A DNA stretch of 64,000 bases from an uncultured Sphaerobacteraceae bacterium (GCA_964526965.1 CAZGML010000003.1:20775-84774); one strand, 5' to 3'; positions 10,370-19,774 are shown, counted from the first letter of the stretch. Translations and numbers: made by a program. Notes: generated from the letters alone by a model not told the origin.

Positions 10370-11305
10370 CTATGAAAGTCTCTTGCTCATCATCGTGAAT
10401 CGACGCACGATTTCAAAACCATGTCGATTATAGAGCCGCGCTGTTTGGTCACTTGTCCAGAGAAAGTAGGCAAGATGCACGTTCGCGGCGCGCATGGCAC
10501 ACAGGGCCCGGGAGAGAAGCACCGCCCCGATGCCACGTCCACGATAATCGCCATTCACGCCGAAAGGACCGAATCGCTCACCGCTGGTCATGGCGAAGCC
10601 GATTACCGTATCGCCATCCAGCGCGATATGCAGGGTTGCATCCCCGGCCGCCAGAACTGTGGAACGCATGGCGCCACGAACGTAGCTTTCCCAATGTGGA
10701 AAGTGCTCGATAGCAAACGCGATCAGGTCAGTCGCATCATCCGCAACAGCCGGCCGAATCCAGATATCGTCTTCAGACAACGTCGCCACAATCTCCGGGA
10801 CATCCGCGGACGGTTCGTACCCTGTCAGGAGTGCCCGCATGCTCACGGGTTTCGCGCCAGGTGCATAGCCCTGCGCCTCAAGGAACTCCACAGTGCCCGC
10901 GTACGCGGTTTCATCGACTCCCGGTACGAGATACGGTGGCACCCACGGCCCGACCTGAATGGTGGAGACGTCCTTTGCGCGGAAATATTCTTCAACCCCC
11001 TGGATAAGCGCTGTACCGATGCCCTGCCGACGATGCTGCTCCGCCACGCCGAACCCAACGATTACACCTGTACCGACTGCGTTATCTGAAGGAAGATCCG
11101 GCCGCGCAGTCATTCCAAACGCGAACCCGGCAAGTTCGTTGCCGTCCGTAGCGAGGACGAGACCATTAGGATCAAAGTGCGGGTCCAGCACGTAATCGAG
11201 GAGCAATCGCTGTTGGCTAATTGGATCGGCGGCCATGGTTTTATTCCACAGCGCGACCAGCGTGGAGAGGTCACCACGTGCGAACGATCGTATTTGGATA
11301 GTCAT
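10370..11305 (-). CDS. Tandem-domain GNAT N-acetyltransferase
   Basis: Two GNAT cores with acetyl-CoA loops QHRRQGIGTALIQ and DYRGRGIGAVLLS. Start moved to ATG 11305 (MTIQIRSFARGD...). 13 nt upstream of the PIG-L gene on the same strand. Confidence 0.85.
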   Translation of the reverse strand: MTIQIRSFARGDLSTLVALWNKTMAADPISQQRLLLDYVLDPHFDPNGLVLATDGNELAGFAFGMTARPDLPSDNAVGTGVIVGFGVAEQHRRQGIGTALIQGVEEYFRAKDVSTIQVGPWVPPYLVPGVDETAYAGTVEFLEAQGYAPGAKPVSMRALLTGYEPSADVPEIVATLSEDDIWIRPAVADDATDLIAFAIEHFPHWESYVRGAMRSTVLAAGDATLHIALDGDTVIGFAMTSGERFGPFGVNGDYRGRGIGAVLLSRALCAMRAANVHLAYFLWTSDQTARLYNRHGFEIVRRFTMMSKRLS

Positions 11306-11422
11306 GCCAGTTTGTTTCGCTTTCCCGATGCGTATCTGAATTGAGCGCAAGAACGGAGAGCCCGAGCACATTGGCCCGGGCTCTCGTCAAGAGTCACGCA
11401 GCGCGCTGCGTGATAGTGTTCT

Positions 11423-13075
11423 CTAGTTATCAGACCCGGCGAGTATTTCTTCGTACTCGGCGCGAATCTCATCGCCACCACGCTCACGCCACTGCTGGCG
11501 TGTTTCTTCCAGCTTCTCGATACCGGAGCGGCCAGTGACCACTTCCGTGTACATATCGGTAATAAGCTGGGAAAGAGTGGCACCGTACTCGCCCTGTGCC
11601 GGGGAGAAGAGAGATGCGGCCGGGTTGGCAACTGCAACCTTTGCCATCTCTTCGTTGTGCTTCTGGGCAGCAATGGTCTCTTCCGGTGCGCCCGGGTAGT
11701 AGAAGTAGTTCTCACTCAGGAACGGGTACACCAGTGCGCCCTGCTCTGCGCGGCCCTGGTCGGTGAGCGCGAATCCACCGTCGTCGCTTGGCTCGGAGTG
11801 CTCGCCTTCAATTCCGTAGCGGAGGAATGTGCTCTCCTCGCTGCCGAACGGGGCGTACATGTAGTCCAGAATGCGGAGCAGTGTATCGATGCGCTCTTCG
11901 TCGCCAGCAATCGCACCAGGAAGCGCGTTGTAGCCGAAGATGCCGGGGGTCTGGTACGTAACGCCAGAACCGCCATCAACGCCCGGCATAATGAGCGCTT
12001 CATACTCAGCCTCAGGCACGGTGTCGGTTACGGTGCTGCGGAAGCCGGTATTGCCGAACACGGCTGCGAAGCCATTGGTGGCCATACCAACCTGGCCGGC
12101 CTGCACCATCTCGGTAGACATCGCAACGTCGATCGTGGCGGAATCCGGATGGTACGCTCCATCGTTCCAAAGCTGCATGCACATTTCGAGTGCAGCCTGG
12201 TACTCATCTGTTTCGTGTGCGGCGGTGAGGGAGCCATCGTCATTCAGGCGCCAGCCGTACGGAACGTGGAACATCTGGTTAACGAGGAAGTTGTTCCAGT
12301 TACCGCCGTACGGAGCAAAGCCCCATGTGTCACGGTCGTTGCCGTTGCCGTCCGGATCCTCAGTGGAAACACCAACGAGATATTGATGGACGTCGTCACC
12401 ATTGGTGAGGGTTTCTGTCCCCAGAACGCCGCCCCAATCCTTGCGCCAGAAGGTAACGTCGTTGTTGCGCAGTACCGGTTTTGGAACGCCCCAAATCTTG
12501 CCTTCGAAGCGGGTGGCCTCCCAAAGATAGTCCTCCAGCGCACCGAGGTTTGGGTACTCCTTAATCTGACCAGACTCCACGATTTCGGTCATATCCAGGA
12601 AAGCACCCTGGCGCAGGCCATCATAGATAATCGGTCGGGATGCACTAGGCAGCAGGAAGAAGAAATCGGGCAGGTCGCCACCGGCGAGCGTGGTTGCAAT
12701 CCGCTCGTTATAGGTATCGATCGGCACCATATCGGCTTCCCAGGTAACACCCAGGCGTGACTCCAGTTCCTGCCAATACGTATTCTCATCGCGACCGGGC
12801 ACGGGTGGTCGGTACGAGAGTGTCAGCATTTTCACGGTGCTGCCGTCGCCTGGTACCTCGTCCACCGATTTGAACGGCTCCGGATACGCGGTGTAGGCGT
12901 TCGGCACACCTTCCACCGACGAAACGATGGTGGTGTCACCACCAGATGGACTGGCTTCCGGGGTCTGGGCGAAAGAATCCCGCACCAGTGGGAATGTGAG
13001 CGCAGAGCCCGTCAAAACCGATGCGCCCTGCACAAACGAGCGGCGACTCAGGGGTTTCCGGCGAATGGATTTCAT
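11423..13075 (-). CDS. Extracellular solute-binding protein, family 1 (large LplA/LipO type), Tat signal
   Basis: 550 aa from ATG 13075 (RBS GAAAGGA). Twin-arginine signal LSRRSFVQGASVLTGSAL. The size and composition match the large sugar-binding lipoprotein class that pairs with LplB/LplC permeases. Confidence 0.8.
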   Translation of the reverse strand: MKSIRRKPLSRRSFVQGASVLTGSALTFPLVRDSFAQTPEASPSGGDTTIVSSVEGVPNAYTAYPEPFKSVDEVPGDGSTVKMLTLSYRPPVPGRDENTYWQELESRLGVTWEADMVPIDTYNERIATTLAGGDLPDFFFLLPSASRPIIYDGLRQGAFLDMTEIVESGQIKEYPNLGALEDYLWEATRFEGKIWGVPKPVLRNNDVTFWRKDWGGVLGTETLTNGDDVHQYLVGVSTEDPDGNGNDRDTWGFAPYGGNWNNFLVNQMFHVPYGWRLNDDGSLTAAHETDEYQAALEMCMQLWNDGAYHPDSATIDVAMSTEMVQAGQVGMATNGFAAVFGNTGFRSTVTDTVPEAEYEALIMPGVDGGSGVTYQTPGIFGYNALPGAIAGDEERIDTLLRILDYMYAPFGSEESTFLRYGIEGEHSEPSDDGGFALTDQGRAEQGALVYPFLSENYFYYPGAPEETIAAQKHNEEMAKVAVANPAASLFSPAQGEYGATLSQLITDMYTEVVTGRSGIEKLEETRQQWRERGGDEIRAEYEEILAGSDN

Positions 13076-13192
13076 CCATATTCCTTTCTCAGACGTACCA
13101 CCGGCCATGCATCCGTATGCAATCGTCAGTGGAAATGAAACGTACCCCTATCTTGCCACAGAGAGACCTGATGGCAACCCCATTTTGGCCAG

Positions 13193-13729
13193 CTACTCAT
13201 CGTGATCCTTTGCGACGATGACATGGCCATCCTCAGCGCGAGCGAGAATGAACATGAGCGTGCTAAGTCGATTCAGGTAACGAATGATTTCTGCGTTGAT
13301 GGCTGTGCCAGCCTCCGCCAGGTGCACTGCCGCCCGCTCTGTACGGCGCACTACCGTGCGGCAAACATCGAGCGCAGCACCGGGAGTGGTCTCTCCCGGG
13401 ACGATAAACTCGCGCGGGAGCTCCACACTCTCCTGCACTTTGGCAATCGACTCTTCAAGCCAGTCGATGCGATCGGCCTGGAACACCATTCCATCCGGAC
13501 GGGTGGCGTCTGTAAAGGCGAGCTCCGCCATGATCTGGTAGAGATCGCGCTGCACCGTCAGCAACATCTCGCCAGCGTTCTCCCACGATGAAAGGCTCCG
13601 CGCAAGCCCGATGCTACTGGTGGATTCATCCAGTTCGCCGAGAAGCTCTATGCGTGGATCGCCCTTCGTTACGCGTTCGCCAAGCAAATCCGTTTGTCCC
13701 TGGTCTCCCCGGGCAGTGTAGATCTTCAT
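13193..13729 (-). CDS. PduO-type ATP:cob(I)alamin adenosyltransferase
   Basis: MKIYTARGDQGQTDLLGERVTKGDPRIELLGELDE is the conserved N-terminal signature of the PduO/MMAB family. 178 aa from ATG 13729. Confidence 0.9.
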   Translation of the reverse strand: MKIYTARGDQGQTDLLGERVTKGDPRIELLGELDESTSSIGLARSLSSWENAGEMLLTVQRDLYQIMAELAFTDATRPDGMVFQADRIDWLEESIAKVQESVELPREFIVPGETTPGAALDVCRTVVRRTERAAVHLAEAGTAINAEIIRYLNRLSTLMFILARAEDGHVIVAKDHDE

Positions 13730-13820
13730 TTCGTGTTCATCTCCATTCGGTATCATTAGGGGCGACGGTCAGCACAGGCCCGTACGAACGCAGCACAACA
13801 GCCCCAGGAACGAGTGATTT

Positions 13821-14969
13821 ATGGATGTAATCGGGATTCAACAAGCACCTCAACCCTCCGAGTTTACCGACCGGCCGGTTCGCCTGGCCCTTATCGGTAC
13901 CGGTTTCGGATCACAGGTGCACCTTCCCGCCATTGCACACCTGGATAATACCGAGCTTGTGGCCATTTGTTCCCGCAGGCAGGATCGGGTTGACGTGATT
14001 GCTGCCCGACACGGCATTCCCAGCGCGAGTACAGACTGGCGGGATGTGGTGAACGACCCCGGCGTCGATGCCGTCATAATCGCCACCCCACCCTATCTGC
14101 ATCATCAAATGGTGATTGCCGCGCTTGAGGCAGGCAAGCATGTGTTGTGCGAGAAGCCGATGGCTCGCAACCTGGCAGAAACCCGCGACATGGCCCGACT
14201 CGCCAAACAGGCCGGCGTTGTGGCGATGGTCGACCATCAGTATCGCTACCTGCCCATTCGGCGCCGCGTGAAAGAGTTGCTGGATGAAGGATATATCGGC
14301 ACTCCCCATGCGCTGAATATGATCGTGTTCAACAGCCAGCTTGCCGACCCGGAGGAGACGCGCTTCAATTGGCTAATGGAGCAGGACAAGTCTGGCGGGA
14401 TGCTCCGCGCTATCGGTAGCCACTATATCGATACGATGCGCTGGTGGCTGGGGGATATCGATGCCGTGGCCGGAACCGTGGGAACAATGGTTCCCAAGCG
14501 ACGTCTGCCTGACAGCACACTCACCGCAACCGTGGACGCAGATGACAACTTCGCGTTTATGGTGCAATTCAAAAATGGTGCGATTGGCTCCGTGCATTTT
14601 AGCTCCACGGCTCCTGTGGATGCGGGCGAGAGCACGACGATCACCGGCTCGGAAGGCATGTTGATTCTTGAGGCTGATACCGAACTCTTCGGTGCCCGTA
14701 AACGCGACGTAAACCTGCGCGAGCTCGCGATTCCTGATCGACTCAATCCAAAGCTCCCGGAGTTCAGTCATCACCTCACCCGCCCCACGATCCTGCTTAT
14801 GCGCGACTGGATTCAGGCAATCCGCGAGGGCGACCTCACTCGCTTCGCACCATCCTTTTCGGATGGCGAAAAGGTGCAGGAGATAATCGATGGCGTCTCC
14901 CGCAGCCGCGAACAGGGCCGCTGGATCGATACCTCTGGCGCCCGCTGGCCCAAAACAGGCCGGATCTAA
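13821..14969 (+). CDS. Gfo/Idh/MocA family oxidoreductase
   Basis: Rossmann motif LALIGTGFGSQVHLPA and family EKP motif VLCEKPMA. 382 aa. Confidence 0.9.
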   Translation: MDVIGIQQAPQPSEFTDRPVRLALIGTGFGSQVHLPAIAHLDNTELVAICSRRQDRVDVIAARHGIPSASTDWRDVVNDPGVDAVIIATPPYLHHQMVIAALEAGKHVLCEKPMARNLAETRDMARLAKQAGVVAMVDHQYRYLPIRRRVKELLDEGYIGTPHALNMIVFNSQLADPEETRFNWLMEQDKSGGMLRAIGSHYIDTMRWWLGDIDAVAGTVGTMVPKRRLPDSTLTATVDADDNFAFMVQFKNGAIGSVHFSSTAPVDAGESTTITGSEGMLILEADTELFGARKRDVNLRELAIPDRLNPKLPEFSHHLTRPTILLMRDWIQAIREGDLTRFAPSFSDGEKVQEIIDGVSRSREQGRWIDTSGARWPKTGRI

Positions 14970-15019
14970 CTTCACGATTATCCCGTATAATTCGATATCA
15001 CAACCTTTCAGGTCGGCGA

Positions 15020-16207
15020 ATGGCTCCACGCACAGTGGCAAATCGGCGACCCGCGCTTACGGAGACTGATATCGTGACTGCACTGACGCAGGAGTCCGAG
15101 CGACTTCTTCTCGACACTTCCACCATCGATACCCCGCAACTCATCGTTTCCGAGGAGATTTTGCAACGCAACATCGCGGAGATGGCGTCGTTCGCGCGGA
15201 GTATCAACGTGCAGCTCCGGCCCCATATCAAGACGCACAAGAGCCTTGAGATCGCACGGCTACAAATTGCGGCCGGTGCTATCGGCATTAGCTGCGCTAC
15301 TGTCGGAGAAGCCGAGGTCATGGTGAACGAGGGTGGGATAGACGATGTACTCCTCGCCTATCCCATTGTTGGCGCGCAAAAGTACGAACGACTCGTGCCC
15401 CTGATGGAGAAGGCTCGCATTGCCGTTGCTGTCGATAGCACGGCTGCTATTGAGACCATCGCCAAAGCCATGACAAAGCACGAGCGGATTATGGATATTT
15501 ACCTTGAACTGAACACAGGCCAAAACCGGTCTGGTGTGATGTGGGGCGATGAAGCAGTGAACTTTGCGCAGCAGATAGACAAGCATCCGAACCTGCGCCT
15601 GGCCGGCATCATGACGCATGAAGGACATGTCGCTTTTGTCGATCCGGACGCCATCGCCGCCGAGGCCCAGGCCGCCGGCGAGAAAATGGTTGAGACGGCT
15701 GAGAAAATCCGCAGCCTTGGAATTGAACTCCCAACGGTCAGTGTCGGTTCAACACCGGCTGCGCGTTTGACCCCAACCGTGAAAGGCGTTACGGAGATGC
15801 GGCCGGGCACCTATGTGTTCAATGATAATTCGCTCTTCCGCTTCGGCGATCACTGGGGCGTGGAGGATTGCGCGGCGCGTTTCGTGGCAACAGTCGTCAG
15901 CCGCACTGCTGATGACCGCTGCGTGATCGACGCGGGTTCCAAGACCCTGGCACTCGATCCGAGCAAGAGCCACCCGGGGCACGGGTATATCGTCGGACAC
16001 CCGGACGTGGTGATCAGCAAACTCAGCGAGGAGCATGGCGTGTGTGACCTCCCGGCCGGTGAGGAAGGTTTCCAGGTCGGTGATACGGTCGAAGTCATCC
16101 CTAACCACATCTGCCCAACCGTCAACCTGATGGACGAAATGGCCGTGGTGAAAGAGGGCAAGGTTATCGATCACTGGAAGGTCGCCGCACGCGGCAAGGT
16201 GCAGTAA
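15020..16207 (+). CDS. D-TA family PLP enzyme (D-threonine aldolase / D-serine dehydratase DSD1 / D-threo-3-hydroxyaspartate dehydratase family)
   Basis: Alanine-racemase-fold N-terminus with PLP-lysine motif LRPHIKTHKS and GISCATVGEAEVM. C-terminal beta domain with VIPNHICPTVNL. 395 aa. Confidence 0.8.
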   Translation: MAPRTVANRRPALTETDIVTALTQESERLLLDTSTIDTPQLIVSEEILQRNIAEMASFARSINVQLRPHIKTHKSLEIARLQIAAGAIGISCATVGEAEVMVNEGGIDDVLLAYPIVGAQKYERLVPLMEKARIAVAVDSTAAIETIAKAMTKHERIMDIYLELNTGQNRSGVMWGDEAVNFAQQIDKHPNLRLAGIMTHEGHVAFVDPDAIAAEAQAAGEKMVETAEKIRSLGIELPTVSVGSTPAARLTPTVKGVTEMRPGTYVFNDNSLFRFGDHWGVEDCAARFVATVVSRTADDRCVIDAGSKTLALDPSKSHPGHGYIVGHPDVVISKLSEEHGVCDLPAGEEGFQVGDTVEVIPNHICPTVNLMDEMAVVKEGKVIDHWKVAARGKVQ

Positions 16208-16223
16208 CACCTCCGAAACAGAG

Positions 16224-17396
16224 CTACGCCCAGGCTATGGCAGCCTCGCTAATGCGCTTCAGCGCTTCCTCGATATTCTCTTCAGAGGTCGCATAACTCA
16301 GGCGAATGTAGCCCTCGCCTGCATCGCCGAAGCTGGTGCCGCTAACTGCTGCAACTCCGTACTCGTCCAGCAAGCGGTCGGCAAAGTCATCGCTGCTCAT
16401 GCCAAAACTGGAGATGTTCGGGAAGGCGTAAAAGGCGCCATGCGGCATAACACAGGCGATGCCGGGGATGGCGTTAAGTCCGTCCACGATCAGCTTGCGC
16501 CGGCGTTCAAAGGCCGAACGGAACGACTGAACCTCATCCCACGGGCCGGTGAGCGCCGCTATGCCCGCACGCTGAGTTGCAACATTGGTGCATGAGGCGC
16601 TGTTCACCATAAGCGTGGTCAGTGGCTCAACCAGCTCCTTCGGGCAGAGTCCGTAGCCGAGCCGCCAACCTGTCATCGCGAAGGTTTTGCTGAACCCGTC
16701 CAGCAAAATCGTGCGTTCGGGCATACCCGGAAGTGCGGCAATGCTGATATGTTCGCCGTCGTACTGCAACTCGCTGTAGATCTCGTCGGCGAGAACCAAA
16801 ATATCGTGCTCGGTCGCGATCTCTGCAATCGCCTCGAGGTCGGCTAGTGGCAGCACATTGCCGCATGGGTTCCCCGGCGAGTTCAGGATCAGCAGGCGGG
16901 TGCGATCGTTGACGAGGGTACGGAGATCCTCGACATCGAGCCGGAAATCGTTCTCCTCCCGCAGCACAGCTGGCACGGCTTTCGCCCCGGTGTATTCAAT
17001 CATCGACCGATAGATCGGAAATCCAGGATCAGGGAAGATAGCTTCATCGCCCTGCTGCAAGAGTGCAAGCATTGCGTAGAACATCACAGGTTTGCCACCC
17101 GGGGTTACGATCACCTGATCGGCATCGTAGCGCGCTCCCCTCGAGTTGAGGATGTAGGAAGCAATAGCTTCACGCAGTTCCGGGTCGCCCTGGGCTGGGC
17201 CGTAGTGGGTCCAGCCATTCCGCAGGGCAACAACACCAGCCTCGATAATGTGGGCAGGCGTCTCAAAATCGGGCTCGCCAATTTGCATGTGGACAACGGA
17301 TTTTCCCTGCGCCTCCAGGGCGCGGGCACGGGCCAATACGGCGAAGGCGGATTCAGTACCGATCCTATGCATTCCGTCGGCGAGTCGAATGGGCAT
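16224..17396 (-). CDS. Class I/II pyridoxal-phosphate-dependent aminotransferase (aspartate aminotransferase-like)
   Basis: PLP-lysine motif GFSKTFAMTGWRLGY. 390 aa from ATG 17396 (RBS GAAAGAAGG). Convergent with the D-TA-family gene, 16 nt apart. Confidence 0.9.
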   Translation of the reverse strand: MPIRLADGMHRIGTESAFAVLARARALEAQGKSVVHMQIGEPDFETPAHIIEAGVVALRNGWTHYGPAQGDPELREAIASYILNSRGARYDADQVIVTPGGKPVMFYAMLALLQQGDEAIFPDPGFPIYRSMIEYTGAKAVPAVLREENDFRLDVEDLRTLVNDRTRLLILNSPGNPCGNVLPLADLEAIAEIATEHDILVLADEIYSELQYDGEHISIAALPGMPERTILLDGFSKTFAMTGWRLGYGLCPKELVEPLTTLMVNSASCTNVATQRAGIAALTGPWDEVQSFRSAFERRRKLIVDGLNAIPGIACVMPHGAFYAFPNISSFGMSSDDFADRLLDEYGVAAVSGTSFGDAGEGYIRLSYATSEENIEEALKRISEAAIAWA

Positions 17397-17481
17397 GGAC
17401 GAACCTTCTTTCCAGCTTTTTGTGCACAAATTCTACGCATACAGCTAATCTGTAGTGTATGATTCAGTGAGGCCGGGCTAA

Positions 17482-17489
17482 TGTATACA
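17482..17489. promoter_or_regulatory. Candidate GntR/FadR-type operator (TGTATACA)
   Basis: Perfect 8-bp palindrome TGTATACA in the 188-nt divergent region between the aminotransferase (start 17396) and the GntR gene (start 17585). Fits the general FadR-subfamily pattern t.GT-n-AC.a. Single occurrence, so weak. Confidence 0.3.
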
Positions 17490-17584
17490 CCCGACGAACC
17501 GGTCAACCAAGCAAAAAATGAGCCACCAAGGTGGTGTGTTCATGTGCTTCCATATTTTATACCCAACGCCTGGAGACTCTTCGC

Positions 17585-18295
17585 ATGTCTGCCGATTCCA
17601 CCCGCGCAGGGCTTACGCCCTTGCATCCAATTGAACGTCGTAACCTTGGGTCTGATGTTTATCGCATTTTGCGAGATCGCATTTTGAGTCAGGAGTTGAA
17701 GGCCGGCGAGAAGCTTTCCGACCTTCGATTGAGTTCGGAGCTCGGGGTCAGCCGCACTCCAATTCGCGAGGCGCTTCATCAATTGGCCCAGGATGGCGTT
17801 GTTATCGCTGAACCCAACCGCGGATTCTTCGTCGCCACATTCACTCGCCGTGATCTCGAGGAGATCTTTGAATTGCGCCGTGTGCTGGAACTCTATGCCA
17901 TTGAGCGCCTCGGCGAAGGGAATCATGACGAAGACCTCAAACGTGCCATGTTTGAACTGGAGCACGTAGAGCGCCTCATTAACAATGCCGTCACCACTGA
18001 AGACAAGATCGCCGCAGGCGAGGCCTTCCTGAAAACCGACCGGGGTTTCCACAGTTGGCTGGTATCCACCGTAGACAACAAGCGCATGAGCACGATTGTG
18101 GGTGGATTGTGGACGCAGATCGCCATTTTCCAGCAGGTGGAAGAAGAGATTCCGGAATGGATGCAGGTTGCCGTGGATCAACACCGCGAACTGCTTAACC
18201 GCCTGGTCGAGCGCGATGTTGAAGGTGCCACGGAGCTTATGTCCGAGCATCTGGACGACATGCGCGAACTCGTACTGGAGGACTTCTCCAGCTAG
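17585..18295 (+). CDS. GntR family transcriptional regulator, FadR/FCD subfamily (LutR-like position)
   Basis: Winged HTH LSDLRLSSELGVSRTPIREALHQLAQDGVV plus a helical FCD C-domain. ATG 17585 preceded by GGAGA. 20 nt upstream of lutC. Confidence 0.88.
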   Translation: MSADSTRAGLTPLHPIERRNLGSDVYRILRDRILSQELKAGEKLSDLRLSSELGVSRTPIREALHQLAQDGVVIAEPNRGFFVATFTRRDLEEIFELRRVLELYAIERLGEGNHDEDLKRAMFELEHVERLINNAVTTEDKIAAGEAFLKTDRGFHSWLVSTVDNKRMSTIVGGLWTQIAIFQQVEEEIPEWMQVAVDQHRELLNRLVERDVEGATELMSEHLDDMRELVLEDFSS

Positions 18296-18315
18296 GTCTA
18301 CTTTGGGAGAACCCC

Positions 18316-18849
18316 ATGTCATCCACCACATTCGAGGATTTCCGGGATGTGTTATCAGCAGCGGCGGGCAATGCCTGCCGCTGCTCGCGTTCCCGGCTGG
18401 CAGCGAAAATAGCAGAAATGACCGGCGACGAGAGTGTGTGGTCTACCCCTGACCTTGAAGACACGTGGTCGGGATTGGTTGGCCAGCTCGAGACGCATGG
18501 TGTGGCCATACACACCGACAGCTCACCGGAAGCCACACGCGATCAACCCTGGGGACTCACGACTGCCCGCGGTGCAATCGCGGAAAGCGGCAGCGTTGTT
18601 CTACAGGAAAACGAATTGAATCGGCGCAGCGTCAGTCTGATGACAAACAGGCTCATCGTGCTCTGCCCTATTGACCAGCTTCTGCCAGACCTTGAAGATG
18701 CAGCAAAACTGCTACGGGATATCGCCGCCGATGGCACCAGCTATGCAACGCTGGTGAGCGGCCCAAGCCGAACGGCCGACATCGAGCGGCAGCTCACCAT
18801 CGGCGTACAGGGGCCGGGTGAACTCCACGTCATTTTCGTAGAGGACTAA
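18316..18849 (+). CDS. lutC: LUD-domain protein LutC (lactate utilisation protein C family)
   Basis: GLTTARGAIAESGSVVLQENE...RSVSLMTNRLIVLCP...LVSGPSRTADIERQLTIGVQGPGELHVIFV matches the LutC/YkgG pattern. 177 aa. Confidence 0.85.
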   Translation: MSSTTFEDFRDVLSAAAGNACRCSRSRLAAKIAEMTGDESVWSTPDLEDTWSGLVGQLETHGVAIHTDSSPEATRDQPWGLTTARGAIAESGSVVLQENELNRRSVSLMTNRLIVLCPIDQLLPDLEDAAKLLRDIAADGTSYATLVSGPSRTADIERQLTIGVQGPGELHVIFVED

Positions 18850-18851
18850 GC

Positions 18852-19751
18852 ATGCATCTCGTTCATATTGCAGAGGGCACCAACGATACCGATGAGCTAT
18901 TCTCACCGCGACTTGCCGTGCTGGAAGGCGAATCCATCATATACGTCACCAATCCAGACAATGCCGATGAACAAGTCGACCTGTTCAGGACATCGCTGGA
19001 CAACCTGAGAACGTGGTGCGCGCACGCCCTTGAGCATGGAGATCGGGAGCCGGTAACAGACGTACAGACCGTACCAGCACCGCCCCGCATGATCTGGGGA
19101 GCGGGTGTGACCTACAAACGCGACCAGCAAGCACAGGCGGACGATTCCCGCGAGTCCGATGTCTACGACCGTGTCTACCATGCGCCGCGGCCAGAGATCT
19201 TTCTCAAATGTGCAACTCTGGCGTCGTCAAATGGCGACCCGGTCACCATCCGATCGGATTCCGATTGGAATATCCCGGAACCGGAACTCACGCTGGTCAT
19301 CAATAACCAGCGAGAAATTGTGGCGTACGCCGTCGGCAACGATGTGAGCAGTCGCGCTATCGAGAGTGAAAATCCGTTGTACCTGCCCCAGGCAAAGATG
19401 TGGAATGGCAGTGCCAGTCTGGGCAGCGTGTTTCGGCTGAACACCGAGGGCTTCGATGCGCGCAAACTGGACATCGAAATTACGGTCCAGCGCGATGAAG
19501 ATGTCGCTTTCACCGGCCAAACCAACACGAATCGGCTTCACCGCACCTTTGGTGACCTGGTGTACTGGTTGCATCGTGGGCAGGATTTTCCCCTGGGAGC
19601 CTATATGATGACCGGCACAGGCATTATTCCTCCCGATGATTTCACGCTCGCCCAGGGCGACGAGGTGACGATCAACATTGCCGAGGTTGGGCAACTAACA
19701 AACCACGTGGCCGTACTCGATGTTGAAACGAACACCGTTCGCATGGAGTAA
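18852..19751 (+). CDS. Fumarylacetoacetate hydrolase (FAH) family protein, KdaD/FAHD-like size class
   Basis: 299 aa. The C-terminal catalytic part has FAH-type features (PEPELTLVIN..., GNDVSSRAIE, MMTGTGIIPPDDFTLAQGDEV). Sits between lutC and lutBA with 2-nt and 23-nt gaps. Confidence 0.7.
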   Translation: MHLVHIAEGTNDTDELFSPRLAVLEGESIIYVTNPDNADEQVDLFRTSLDNLRTWCAHALEHGDREPVTDVQTVPAPPRMIWGAGVTYKRDQQAQADDSRESDVYDRVYHAPRPEIFLKCATLASSNGDPVTIRSDSDWNIPEPELTLVINNQREIVAYAVGNDVSSRAIESENPLYLPQAKMWNGSASLGSVFRLNTEGFDARKLDIEITVQRDEDVAFTGQTNTNRLHRTFGDLVYWLHRGQDFPLGAYMMTGTGIIPPDDFTLAQGDEVTINIAEVGQLTNHVAVLDVETNTVRME

Positions 19752-19774
19752 GTTGCGGTCAGGAGGCACACACC

